DNA of 64,000 bases from Bdellovibrionota bacterium (lineage in GTDB: Bacteria; Bdellovibrionota; UBA1018; CAIPTA01; JAALKR01). The notes below the pieces were generated by a model. It was not told the DNA's origin. It ran no database searches and saw nothing but the letters and a program-made list of their open reading frames with translations. Below, in pieces: positions 1 to 9,321 of this stretch. The stretch covers positions 704,001 through 768,000 of the forward strand of contig CBDBMJ010000001.1 in the NCBI GenBank assembly GCA_965207455.1. Reading direction: 5' to 3'. Numbering within the stretch: position 1 is the stretch's first letter; every line of letters starts with the position of its first letter. The position numbers and the translations under genes were made by a program.

Positions 1-597
1 AATTCCAGTAATTCCTGTGGATTTAAATATTTCCGGAATTTTATCTAAATTTAATTTTTCAATATTTAGTCTTGTTTCAAAATCATTGGTATTTAGATAC
101 CCTTGGATATTGGAGTCCAGCATTTCCATGGAAAAACTGCCGGATGGTGCAGGAGTTTTTATCCAGGGTATGGGGATTAAGCTCCATATACTTGGGCGAA
201 TGACGAGTTTTTTGATTTGTAGACCATCTTTTAATAAAGAATAAATATATTTTTTAGAGCCACGATAGTATCGAATAGATGAGGTATGGTCTAACTGCAA
301 ATTTTTAAACGTTATTTTTAGACCAAAGATTAAACTAATATCTACAGACTCTGCAGTCCAAGCAATATTTGTTTTTTTAGATATTATGTTTAATATGGAG
401 CCGGAGTATTGGTTTAAAGGAACTTTTGCAAGTAAAAAAACAAAAAAGAAAAACATTCCAAGCGAAGAGTACAGCGTGATTTTTTTAAACTTTGCCCAGC
501 CAAACGTTTTTTTTATTTGAATTTCAGTTTCTTCTTTATTACTGGGAATAGGTATTATCGATTCTTTTGTGATTTCAATGTTTTTATCCATGTTCAT
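1..597 (-). CDS. gspN: Type II secretion protein GspN, N-terminal part (runs off window start)
   Basis: Not in ORF track. Manual translation from ATG at 597 (ATGA overlap with gspM stop) is open to base 1: MNMDKNIEITKES...KITLYSSLGMFSFFVFLLAKVPLNQY..., one N-terminal TM then beta-rich periplasmic region. Position directly after gspM. Confidence 0.7.
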   Translation of the reverse strand, partial: MNMDKNIEITKESIIPIPSNKEETEIQIKKTFGWAKFKKITLYSSLGMFFFFVFLLAKVPLNQYSGSILNIISKKTNIAWTAESVDISLIFGLKITFKNLQLDHTSSIRYYRGSKKYIYSLLKDGLQIKKLVIRPSIWSLIPIPWIKTPAPSGSFSMEMLDSNIQGYLNTNDFETRLNIEKLNLDKIPEIFKSTGITGI

Positions 598-1163
598 TTA
601 TTTTTTTTTATTTTTATAGTAGACCATAAATAGCCGGCTTTGTTGTTTTGAGAGTCTATTTCCAAAGAATGTATCGAGATATTTTTAGGTGAATTTTCTA
701 AGAAATGCATCATTCCAACAATTTGCTTAATGGATATTCGTGTTAAATTTACAACAAGGTTATTGGCGTCTTCTTTTATTTTATAATCTTTAGATTCCAT
801 TTTATTCTGTTGCAGGCCTCTTTTTATCACGTCTGTTAATGGGGTATCTGTATTGATTGCATTCGAGCTTGTATTGGTTTTAAATCTATTGGATGTTTTG
901 ATTTTATTATTAGCATCGTTTAAATAATCTATGGAAACTTTCATATTTTCTAACGATGTTTTCTTAGAATAAATATTAGTTACAAAATATAAGAGCATAA
1001 AGAAAAGAGTGAATGCAAAAATTCCGAGTGCTGAGAAATTAACAATTCTTCGAGTTTTTGCATCTGCATTTGTATATTGATTTTTTAATTCAGTATATAA
1101 ATGGCTATCCTCTATGGAGTGCTTTATATTTAAGATGATATTATTGAGAAATTCTATTTTCAT
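594..1163 (-). CDS. gspM: Type II secretion protein GspM
   Basis: 189 aa, single TM then coiled coil and small C-terminal domain; position after gspL. Confidence 0.7.
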   Translation of the reverse strand: MKIEFLNNIILNIKHSIEDSHLYTELKNQYTNADAKTRRIVNFSALGIFAFTLFFMLLYFVTNIYSKKTSLENMKVSIDYLNDANNKIKTSNRFKTNTSSNAINTDTPLTDVIKRGLQQNKMESKDYKIKEDANNLVVNLTRISIKQIVGMMHFLENSPKNISIHSLEIDSQNNKAGYLWSTIKIKKNK

Positions 1164-2797
1164 ATTGATTTTCTTTCAATTTCTATATATGCAGTTTTAT
1201 ATTTACTGCCAGCATTTTGCATTATTGGTTTAGATACGGTTTTCACAAAAGAATTTTTCTTGATATAGTCAATAATTTTACCAATATTTTTATTACTAGA
1301 AGACTCAAATGTGATTTTCATACTCTCTGGAAGTATGGTTATTTTCTTTATTTCCATTACAATATTACTAGGTATGGATTGACTAATTTCCTTTATTACT
1401 TTCAGAAAAGTGTTTTTATTCTCTTTTTTAGTTTCTATTTTAACACCTTCTAATCCCGCTATTTTTTCATCTACAAGTCTTTTTAATCGAGAAGGATTGT
1501 TTTTCAGCGTGTACAATAGGCTAGGTTTAGGTCGACCAAATATCTTTCGGATAACTGCATCTCGCTTGACAGTGTATTTTGCTATTTCTTTTTTTAATAA
1601 AAAACCCTCAATGCCAAATACTAGAATTGCGAATACATATACTATGGAGAAGACTCGTATATAGTTTGCTAGTCCTTCCATTTTAAAGTTAAAGACGGTT
1701 TTATTGGATCGAAACATATGCGCTCGGAAGTTCAAGGCTTTTTTGTGACGTCTCTCTACTTGGGTTAGTCCAAGGATAATCGACTCAGTCAAAGGTAGGC
1801 AAGATTTCTCTGATAGTCTAATGGAAAGATTGGGAAGTTGAGAAAAGATATTAAAGGGAGTTACAGGGATTTTCCATTGATCAGATAAATATGTGCTTAT
1901 ACCAGGGAAAAGAGAAGTGCCACCAATTAGGTATATTTGAGAGACTCTTTTGTGGTATTTAGAAAAATAAGCCATTGTACATTGATAAAAATCTTTTAAA
2001 ACAGGTTCTAGAGTATCGGCAATTATTTTCGATAAATTTTCTTGCTCTTTTGAGAGCTCTGCTTCAGTTGAACCGAGAAAACCATTATTTTGCTTTGCCA
2101 TTTCTGCTTCTTCCATAGAAATATTATAATGGTTAGAAATAGTGGTAGTAATGTGTTTGCCCCCTATTGTTGTGGTTCGGTACATTTCTAACATGCAGTT
2201 ATCAAATATATGGATAGAACTTTGTTCATGTCCAAAATCTATAAAAGCAATGCCCTTGTTCTCATATAAGCTCTTTTGATTATATAAAAAGTTTATAAAG
2301 GAGGATTTTGTTGAAGTGAGAACATCAATATCAATACCTAGAGCACCTTGAACTTCTTTTATAAAGTCCTCTAAACCCAATTTTGGTGCAACGCAACAAA
2401 TACTTCTAGCTGTTTTATCTTTTGATGGAAATATTTGATTTACTAATAATGATTTATCTAAATGAAAAGGGACTTCATCTTCAATTTGAAACTTAGTATT
2501 GGCTAAGATTTTTTTAGGGCTTTTAAAGGGGAAGGAGAGAGTTCGGCTCGTATATAGGGAATCGGGGATATTCACTACAATGCGATAGGTGTGGTGAGAG
2601 TAATGCTGTTGTAGTTGGTATAAGGCTTGTTTTTGACCTTGGCTGAGATGGGAAGGGGATTTGCTATCGTCTTTTGCTTCTAGAAAATCCGGGACTTCAA
2701 TAGTGTGGTGGGAAATGATATCATAGTGCTTAAACCTACTGTCTAAGGCAATAGCTTTAATGTGAGAGCTACCAATGTCGATGGCTAGGATTTTCAT
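1160..2797 (-). CDS. gspL: Type II secretion protein GspL with PilM/actin-like cytoplasmic domain
   Basis: N-terminal ILAIDIGSSHIK, IDFGHEQS and IYLIGGTS actin-fold motifs, then one TM and a PilN-like tail; position after gspK. Confidence 0.8.
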   Translation of the reverse strand: MKILAIDIGSSHIKAIALDSRFKHYDIISHHTIEVPDFLEAKDDSKSPSHLSQGQKQALYQLQQHYSHHTYRIVVNIPDSLYTSRTLSFPFKSPKKILANTKFQIEDEVPFHLDKSLLVNQIFPSKDKTARSICCVAPKLGLEDFIKEVQGALGIDIDVLTSTKSSFINFLYNQKSLYENKGIAFIDFGHEQSSIHIFDNCMLEMYRTTTIGGKHITTTISNHYNISMEEAEMAKQNNGFLGSTEAELSKEQENLSKIIADTLEPVLKDFYQCTMAYFSKYHKRVSQIYLIGGTSLFPGISTYLSDQWKIPVTPFNIFSQLPNLSIRLSEKSCLPLTESIILGLTQVERRHKKALNFRAHMFRSNKTVFNFKMEGLANYIRVFSIVYVFAILVFGIEGFLLKKEIAKYTVKRDAVIRKIFGRPKPSLLYTLKNNPSRLKRLVDEKIAGLEGVKIETKKENKNTFLKVIKEISQSIPSNIVMEIKKITILPESMKITFESSSNKNIGKIIDYIKKNSFVKTVSKPIMQNAGSKYKTAYIEIERKSI

Positions 2798-2798
2798 A

Positions 2799-4073
2799 CT
2801 AATCTGTCCTTAAGTATACAATATTTGGAAGTTTTTGACTAGCGGCATTTGAGCTCTTATTGTTTGCATCCAAACTAGGTGGTGCCCCACCCACATAAGC
2901 GATCCAGCTCTTCTGAGCACTACCGCTGGTGACATCTAGAAATACACGAAAAGCAGTTTCTTTGGTAACAATCTGGATTCCAGCATCTGTTATATTTTTC
3001 TTGTTCTCATCGGTAAACTCCATCTCGCTTTTCATATAAGCCCAAAAGTCAGATACATTTTCAAAACCTTCTGTGATACGCTCTTGAAATTTTTCCAATA
3101 AATTTGGATTTTCAGCAATACTTGGAAAAATGACTTTAATTAAATCAAGTTCAACGGCATTAATATTTATGCCTTCTGTAATTGTAGCAGTAAAATTATC
3201 AGAGAAAATTTTCACCAGTTCATCATCAAATCCTTTCACCATAATTAGTTCTGAAATAGAGTATAGCGGGGCATTTTTCACACTATATGGTTCTGGTAGT
3301 CCTGAATAATATATATCTTTTTGTATTTCATCTCCATCTAACGTGGTTTCTATATCGATCCAGGAAAGTATATTTTTAATAAGGATTCTTCCAGTAATAT
3401 TTTCATATTTTAATTTAAATTCTTCATCATCGATTTTTTTATCTTCTATGATTTTATCTGCAATATCCATAATTTTTTCACGTATATTGTTTAAATACTC
3501 CTCATTTGTTAGGGGGGGAGTAGGAGGAATAGGAGGAGCAGGGGATGGGGTAGGAGGAGGAGGAGGAGTTTTTGGATTCTTCACTTGATCCCTACTTCTA
3601 GAGATGGTCCATATCATTCGATTTAAATTTATTTTTCCTGAAGAACCCTCTATTTGAATAGACATGGAGCTATTTAATCCTAATTCACTGATAAAATTTT
3701 TATGCGCTTCTTTTGCAATAAGAGATGAATTAGGTAACAAGGGAGGGGGGAGGATGAATGGTGCGCTCCATATTGCATCAACCTCTGATTGACTCACAGG
3801 AGAATTTTTTCCAAAAGATTTAATTTTATCATTGGCTCTTTTTGCTGCCACAATTCGTAACAGTGCAATTTTTAGTGAAGATTTTACAATATGTTTTGCT
3901 CTTAATTGGTCTATATCATTATAGACAATTCTATTATATAGTTCTACTTCATATACAAGATCTGCGGCTAAGATTGCAATGATGGCTGTACTAGATAAGG
4001 CTAGCAAAAGAGCTACGCCAGATTTATTTTGTAATTTTTTAAGTACTTTTCTCATCATAAAATCAATTCTCAC
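2799..4073 (-). CDS. gspK: Minor pseudopilin GspK
   Basis: KSGVALLLAL prepilin site, GKINLN and KNAPLYSISELIMVKGF motifs. Real start may be a downstream Met (MMRKV). Confidence 0.88.
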   Translation of the reverse strand: MRIDFMMRKVLKKLQNKSGVALLLALSSTAIIAILAADLVYEVELYNRIVYNDIDQLRAKHIVKSSLKIALLRIVAAKRANDKIKSFGKNSPVSQSEVDAIWSAPFILPPPLLPNSSLIAKEAHKNFISELGLNSSMSIQIEGSSGKINLNRMIWTISRSRDQVKNPKTPPPPPTPSPAPPIPPTPPLTNEEYLNNIREKIMDIADKIIEDKKIDDEEFKLKYENITGRILIKNILSWIDIETTLDGDEIQKDIYYSGLPEPYSVKNAPLYSISELIMVKGFDDELVKIFSDNFTATITEGININAVELDLIKVIFPSIAENPNLLEKFQERITEGFENVSDFWAYMKSEMEFTDENKKNITDAGIQIVTKETAFRVFLDVTSGSAQKSWIAYVGGAPPSLDANNKSSNAASQKLPNIVYLRTD

Positions 4074-4078
4074 TTCTA

Positions 4079-4813
4079 TTATTCTGTATTTAGCTTTAAA
4101 ACAGGAAGAAACTCTGACCGAAATTTCAGAGAATTATCTGGATTTATTGGGTTTTCAATTTTAAATTCAATGGCAACCATGGATGGAAATCGAGATTTAC
4201 TTTTTGTATAATTATCCTCTGAATTCCAAGTTTTTTCCCAAGATTCTTCATCTAATTTATAAAATGAGAATGAAGCATCATTTAGTTTATCCAGCAGAGT
4301 ATATGTTTTTAAAGAATTATTTTCTATTTCATCTTGATCATAATTAAAAAGATCATTGCTGTATGTTGTTCTTTTTAGAGAATAGGTTCCATTATCTTCT
4401 CGAACAATTTCTAGTATTATTTTTTGTAAGTTTGTTTCTGGTGCGTCTCTTTGAATCCTTCGATTGGATAGAGAAAAGAATGTTATTTTATTTTCTTCTC
4501 CACTAAATCGAGTCCTTCTTAAATTATCTTTTCGTTGAGGAGCACTCCAGAATAAATCTGGAGTATTATCAGATATTAGGGATGTTTTCCCTATAATAGG
4601 GGAATACAGATAAGAAATATCTTTATCTAATATTTTCATGGCTGTACTTATGGATAAAAACCTATCAAATTCTGTTGATAGTTGAGTATTGATTGAATAG
4701 CTATTTGTTATGGCACTGTATATGGCTATACTGCTGAATGCCATTATAACTATGGCTATTATCACTTCCAGTAGAGTGAACCCTTTAATTTCCCGTTCTA
4801 ATTTTAGCATCAT
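4079..4813 (-). CDS. gspJ: Minor pseudopilin GspJ
   Basis: KGFTLLEVIIAIVI class III signal; C-terminal W..W...P..V motif; operon order. Confidence 0.8.
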   Translation of the reverse strand: MMLKLEREIKGFTLLEVIIAIVIMAFSSIAIYSAITNSYSINTQLSTEFDRFLSISTAMKILDKDISYLYSPIIGKTSLISDNTPDLFWSAPQRKDNLRRTRFSGEENKITFFSLSNRRIQRDAPETNLQKIILEIVREDNGTYSLKRTTYSNDLFNYDQDEIENNSLKTYTLLDKLNDASFSFYKLDEESWEKTWNSEDNYTKSKSRFPSMVAIEFKIENPINPDNSLKFRSEFLPVLKLNTE

Positions 4814-5312
4814 ATTTCACCAAAAATGTATTGAACTTTAATTTTATATCGTTATCATTTTCTTTCCATTGAATTGTAATAATCACTTTTCGAATACTGT
4901 CTTTAAAAAAATTTTGAGAAACTTTTAATATAATGTCATTTACACTTTCTTTTTTTGAATCATCCTCAGGCTCATCATCAATAAAATCAGCATCTGCGGA
5001 ATTCAATGCAATAAGTTCAGTTAAATAAGAGAAATCAATCTCTTTAACTTCTCTTGTCCATTTGAACTTGTCAAATGGTTTTGGGAATTCTCCGGTTTCA
5101 CTTTCACTTAATGAAGTAAAACTTTCTTTTTCCAACTCTAATTCACTCTTTGCGATAAAGGTTCTAGCTAGATTAGTTGCAATGGATAGATTCTTAGTCT
5201 TACTGCTATTAAATAAACTGTAGCTTTGAGTGGTATAAGCAGATAATACAACAACGGTAATAATGGAAAAAGCAATAATCACTTCCAGCAATGTGAATCC
5301 TTTTTTATTCAT
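4785..5312 (-). CDS. gspI: Minor pseudopilin GspI
   Basis: KKGFTLLEVIIA N-methylation motif; operon order. Confidence 0.78.
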   Translation of the reverse strand: MNKKGFTLLEVIIAFSIITVVVLSAYTTQSYSLFNSSKTKNLSIATNLARTFIAKSELELEKESFTSLSESETGEFPKPFDKFKWTREVKEIDFSYLTELIALNSADADFIDDEPEDDSKKESVNDIILKVSQNFFKDSIRKVIITIQWKENDNDIKLKFNTFLVKYDAKIRTGN

Positions 5313-5938
5313 CTATCTTCCGTTTTTTCTAAGTAATAACCGCTCTTTATAGCAGATTTCCCTGTAATGGGGTGTATGGTTAGGTGTTTTTTTTCTTCGT
5401 CAATATTTTGTAAATTTATACTAGCAGTTTCAGCAATACCATCTGGGAAAAAGTAAATATCCACAATGCCGGAGGTAATTTCTTGAGAGTGCCTCGGCGA
5501 TACTATGGAGAAGATGATAATACTGCTTGGAACTTTTTGTTGTTTTTTTAAAATAGATTCCACGGGAGTAAAGCTAGTTTCTTCTTCTTCTTTTTCTTCA
5601 TCAGTTTGAGTCTCTTTTTTTTCAAAATCCCTGTCTTCACGCTTAGCAATTTCTTTTTTTGAGGGTAAGAGGAAATCACTTGGGGCTGATTCTACCCAAT
5701 ATTCTTGTTCATCTAAATTGAAACGGAACCGGACCACTTGATTTGTTAAAATAGCATGATCTCTTGTTATCCTAAATAAGCTAGCTAGTTTGTTTGCGTA
5801 GCTATCTAGGCTAACTTGAAATAAAACAAGTGTGCCAGGAATTGCAATAGCAGATATTATTGCAATTAAAGCTATAGTTACAAGAATTTCAATTAATGAA
5901 AAAGCTTGTTTATTTTTCATTTTCCCTTCCTTGGACAT
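5309..5938 (-). CDS. gspH: Minor pseudopilin GspH
   Basis: QAFSLIEILVTI prepilin motif; IYFFPDG and IHPITG GspH-like motifs. Confidence 0.8.
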   Translation of the reverse strand: MSKEGKMKNKQAFSLIEILVTIALIAIISAIAIPGTLVLFQVSLDSYANKLASLFRITRDHAILTNQVVRFRFNLDEQEYWVESAPSDFLLPSKKEIAKREDRDFEKKETQTDEEKEEEETSFTPVESILKKQQKVPSSIIIFSIVSPRHSQEITSGIVDIYFFPDGIAETASINLQNIDEEKKHLTIHPITGKSAIKSGYYLEKTEDR

Positions 5939-5948
5939 TGCTTTTTAT

Positions 5949-6371
5949 CTATAAGTCTGCGCTATTGATATCCTTATCATTATCTTCTCCACCTTCTGCT
6001 TTATCTGCACCTAGACTAATAATTTCAAAAGTCTTTCCATCAGATTCATAAAAATAGGGTGTATCCCATGGGTCAGGTGGAATATTTTTTCTCTCAATAA
6101 AACCACCTTTAGGGTAGTTTGGACAACCAGAGGATGGTGCCTCTAATAAAACTTCTAAGCCTTCACTTGTTGTGGGATATAGATGACAAACTCTACGGTA
6201 ATTTGTTAGTTGCTGCTTAAATAAGTTAATTTGAATCGTAGCAGCTTTTACCTTTCCTTCGCCTAATTGACCGATTACATTCACAGCAACAAACGCAGTG
6301 CCAAGAGAAATCAAGACAAGAACTACCATTATTTCAACTATTGTAAATCCATTTTGTTTTTTTTGTTTCAT
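5949..6371 (-). CDS. gspG: Major pseudopilin GspG
   Basis: NGFTIVEIMVV; YPTTSEGLEVL; PPDPWDTPYFY; SLGADKAEGGE. Confidence 0.95.
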   Translation of the reverse strand: MKQKKQNGFTIVEIMVVLVLISLGTAFVAVNVIGQLGEGKVKAATIQINLFKQQLTNYRRVCHLYPTTSEGLEVLLEAPSSGCPNYPKGGFIERKNIPPDPWDTPYFYESDGKTFEIISLGADKAEGGEDNDKDINSADL

Positions 6372-6389
6372 ATTTATTTTCCTTTATTT

Positions 6390-7607
6390 TTAGGTTACTT
6401 GTTGTAATTGTAATAGGGGTGCAAATACAGCCATAACAATTATACCAACCACAACACCCATCACTATAATCATTAATGGCTCTAAAAGCGTGGTCAATTT
6501 AGTTACTTGTATATCGACTATTTCTTCATAAGTATTGGATACACTTTGAAGCATCTCAGGTAACTCGCCCGTGCGCTCTCCAATAGTTATCATATGAATT
6601 ACTAATTTGGGAAATTCTCCACTTTTCTTTAAGGGTCCTGCTAAAGATTGTCCTTCCGATATATTACCAATAGCCATATCAATGGCTTCAGCTAATACCA
6701 CGTTATTTACAACTGCTTTTGTGATATTTAGGGCTGAAATAATAGACACCCCACCATTTAGTAGAGTAGCCATGGTATTGGAGAATCTATTTACAGCAAT
6801 AACTCTTATTAAATCTCCTAATACGGGTAATTTTAACATCACTTTATCCTTACGTTTTTTCCCTTTAGGGGAAGCAATATAGGTTCTAAAAAACCACATA
6901 AACACAAAAAATCCTATAATAAGTATCCACCAATAGGCAAGGGTGAATTCACTTATTTTGAGAATCACATTTGTATACCATGGCATGCTTTTATTCATTG
7001 AGTCAAATATTTTCGCTATCTTTGGAATCACAAATGTGAAAATTCCAAGCATGAGAACGCCACCAATGAAAAGCATTAGTATGGGATATGCCATGGCTGC
7101 CATAATTTTACTACGAAGACGGGATTGAGACTCTAAAAATTCCGCCAGTCGAATAAGAACGATGGAAAGGGTGCCTGAGGCCTCTCCAGCACCCACCATA
7201 TTGATAAAAATAGGGCTAAAGATATTATCATGCTTGGCGATTGCGGCCTGTAGGGAAGAACCTTCATTTACTTGCTGTCGAATGTCGGCCAATATTACTT
7301 TAAAACGTTCATTTTCTATTTGATCGATAACAGCTGCAAGAGCCTCCACGAGAGGAATATTCGCTTTAATGAGTGAAGCCAATTGCCTAGTCATAAGAGT
7401 AACTTCAGCAAAAGAGACCGATTCTTTACCAAGAAATTTTAAAAAGATAGCGGAAGAGTTCTTTTTTAAAGATTGTTCCTGAATGGATAACAATACTATA
7501 TTATTTCTCTTTAGCTTCTGACGTGCGATTTTTGAAGAGTCTGCTTCCACAATTCCACGAAGATTATTCCCATTCAAATCAGTTCCTGTATATTGAAAAA
7601 TAGCCAT
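6390..7607 (-). CDS. gspF: T2SS inner membrane platform protein GspF
   Basis: TRQLASLIKANIPLVEAL, AGEASGTL, IGERTGELPEML, LLEPLMI. Confidence 0.95.
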   Translation of the reverse strand: MAIFQYTGTDLNGNNLRGIVEADSSKIARQKLKRNNIVLLSIQEQSLKKNSSAIFLKFLGKESVSFAEVTLMTRQLASLIKANIPLVEALAAVIDQIENERFKVILADIRQQVNEGSSLQAAIAKHDNIFSPIFINMVGAGEASGTLSIVLIRLAEFLESQSRLRSKIMAAMAYPILMLFIGGVLMLGIFTFVIPKIAKIFDSMNKSMPWYTNVILKISEFTLAYWWILIIGFFVFMWFFRTYIASPKGKKRKDKVMLKLPVLGDLIRVIAVNRFSNTMATLLNGGVSIISALNITKAVVNNVVLAEAIDMAIGNISEGQSLAGPLKKSGEFPKLVIHMITIGERTGELPEMLQSVSNTYEEIVDIQVTKLTTLLEPLMIIVMGVVVGIIVMAVFAPLLQLQQVT

Positions 7608-7608
7608 A

Positions 7609-9321
7609 TCAATCTCTCAAATGAAGAATCCTTGTAAGCTCCTGCACCGTAGTTATTCCTGCTAATATTTTCCGTATACCATCATCTCGAATTGTGAGCA
7701 TTCCATTCTTTATGGCTGCATCACGGATTTTGGCAGCATCTGCATGTTGCATGATTAAAGATCGTATTTCATCTTCTACCAACATGATTTCATGTATATT
7801 TACTCGACCAGAATATCCCGTATTATTGCAGCTAGCGCATCCCACTGCTTTATATAATGTGATGGGCCCCTTTATGGCATCCACATCGAGTTCTTTTAGC
7901 TCATCATCAGAGGGTTCATATGTTACCCGACACTTCTCACAAACACGGCGTATGAGTCTCTGGGCAATGACCCCTTGAACGGAGCTAGAAACAAGGAATG
8001 GCTCAATGCCCATATCGATGAGTCGAGGAAAAGAACCCGAAGCCTCATTTGTATGCATACTGGAAAATACTAAGTGGCCTGTTAGTGCTGCCGTGGTTGC
8101 AAGATCTGCGGTTTCTTCATCACGAATCTCACCCACCATGATGACATCGGGGTCTTGTCGCAAAAAATGACGCAATGCACGTGAGAAGTTTAGATCGATT
8201 TTAGGATTCACCTGCACCTGACCCACTCCACTGATTTGGTACTCAATGGGGTCCTCCACGGTTAAAATATTTATTTCTGGAGAGTTTATTTTTTCCAAAC
8301 AAGCAGCCATGGTTGTGGATTTTCCAGAACCCGTGGGTCCTGTGATTAAAATAATACCATTTTCTTTTTTAATTAATTTCTCTATTGAATCTAAGGATTT
8401 TCCTTCAAAACCGAGAGATTGCAGAGACATTAATTTCCCACCCTTTTCCAGCAATCGCATTACAATACGTTCTCCATATTGAGTGGGAATAGTAGAAAGG
8501 CGGATATCTATTTCTTTTCCTGCAACTTTTCTAAAAATTCTTCCATCTTGAGGTAAGCGTTTTTCTGCAATATCCAAATTCGACATAATTTTAATGCGAG
8601 AGGTAAGAGCAGAGTGAACTCGCTTGGGTTGGTGGAGAATATCATGAAGGACACCATCAATTCTGAAACGAATAATTACTTCTTTTTCAAAAGTTTCTAT
8701 ATGAATATCACTGGATTTTTCTTTTATAGCCCTATGAATTATTGAGTTTACAAATCGAATAATAGGAGCTTCATCCTCTTTTGCATCTAGAATGTCTATA
8801 GAGCTTTCGAAGTCATATTCATTTTCATCATCTTCTTCCTCTATATCCTTAATCATGTTTCCAGCTCCTTTTTCATACACACGATTGATAGCATCTTGTA
8901 TACGAATAGGACTACTTACAATGATATGAACGTCAATTCCATTAAATAAGACGCGCATATCTTCAATTACTTCTAAATTAAAAGGATCTCCAAGAGCAAT
9001 AATCAAAGTATTATCTGTTTTCTGGAGTGGAATCATATTCTTCGTTTTGGCATAATTTATGGGGATATCAATAATCAGATCGGGATCAATTTCATCTGGT
9101 TTTAAATTTTCTTCATATTCTAAATCCATTTGGACGCATAGTGCTCGAATGATTTCATGAGGCAAGACAAATTTTTTTTCTAATAAAATATTGCCAAGCC
9201 GTTTTCCGCTAGTTTCCTTTATTGAGATGGCTTCGGCTAGCTGCTCTTTAGTGAGCTTTGTATGTTTTAATAGAATTTCCCCGATTTTAAGTGGAGATTC
9301 ATTATTTTCTAAACTATTCAT
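7609..9321 (-). CDS. gspE: T2SS ATPase GspE
   Basis: SDIHIE, EKRLPQDGR, Walker A GPTGSGKST, EDPIEY, LRQDPDVIMVGEIRD, CxxC...CxxC. Start moved to ATG 9321 (MNSLEN), overlapping the gspD stop. Confidence 0.96.
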   Translation of the reverse strand: MNSLENNESPLKIGEILLKHTKLTKEQLAEAISIKETSGKRLGNILLEKKFVLPHEIIRALCVQMDLEYEENLKPDEIDPDLIIDIPINYAKTKNMIPLQKTDNTLIIALGDPFNLEVIEDMRVLFNGIDVHIIVSSPIRIQDAINRVYEKGAGNMIKDIEEEDDENEYDFESSIDILDAKEDEAPIIRFVNSIIHRAIKEKSSDIHIETFEKEVIIRFRIDGVLHDILHQPKRVHSALTSRIKIMSNLDIAEKRLPQDGRIFRKVAGKEIDIRLSTIPTQYGERIVMRLLEKGGKLMSLQSLGFEGKSLDSIEKLIKKENGIILITGPTGSGKSTTMAACLEKINSPEINILTVEDPIEYQISGVGQVQVNPKIDLNFSRALRHFLRQDPDVIMVGEIRDEETADLATTAALTGHLVFSSMHTNEASGSFPRLIDMGIEPFLVSSSVQGVIAQRLIRRVCEKCRVTYEPSDDELKELDVDAIKGPITLYKAVGCASCNNTGYSGRVNIHEIMLVEDEIRSLIMQHADAAKIRDAAIKNGMLTIRDDGIRKILAGITTVQELTRILHLRD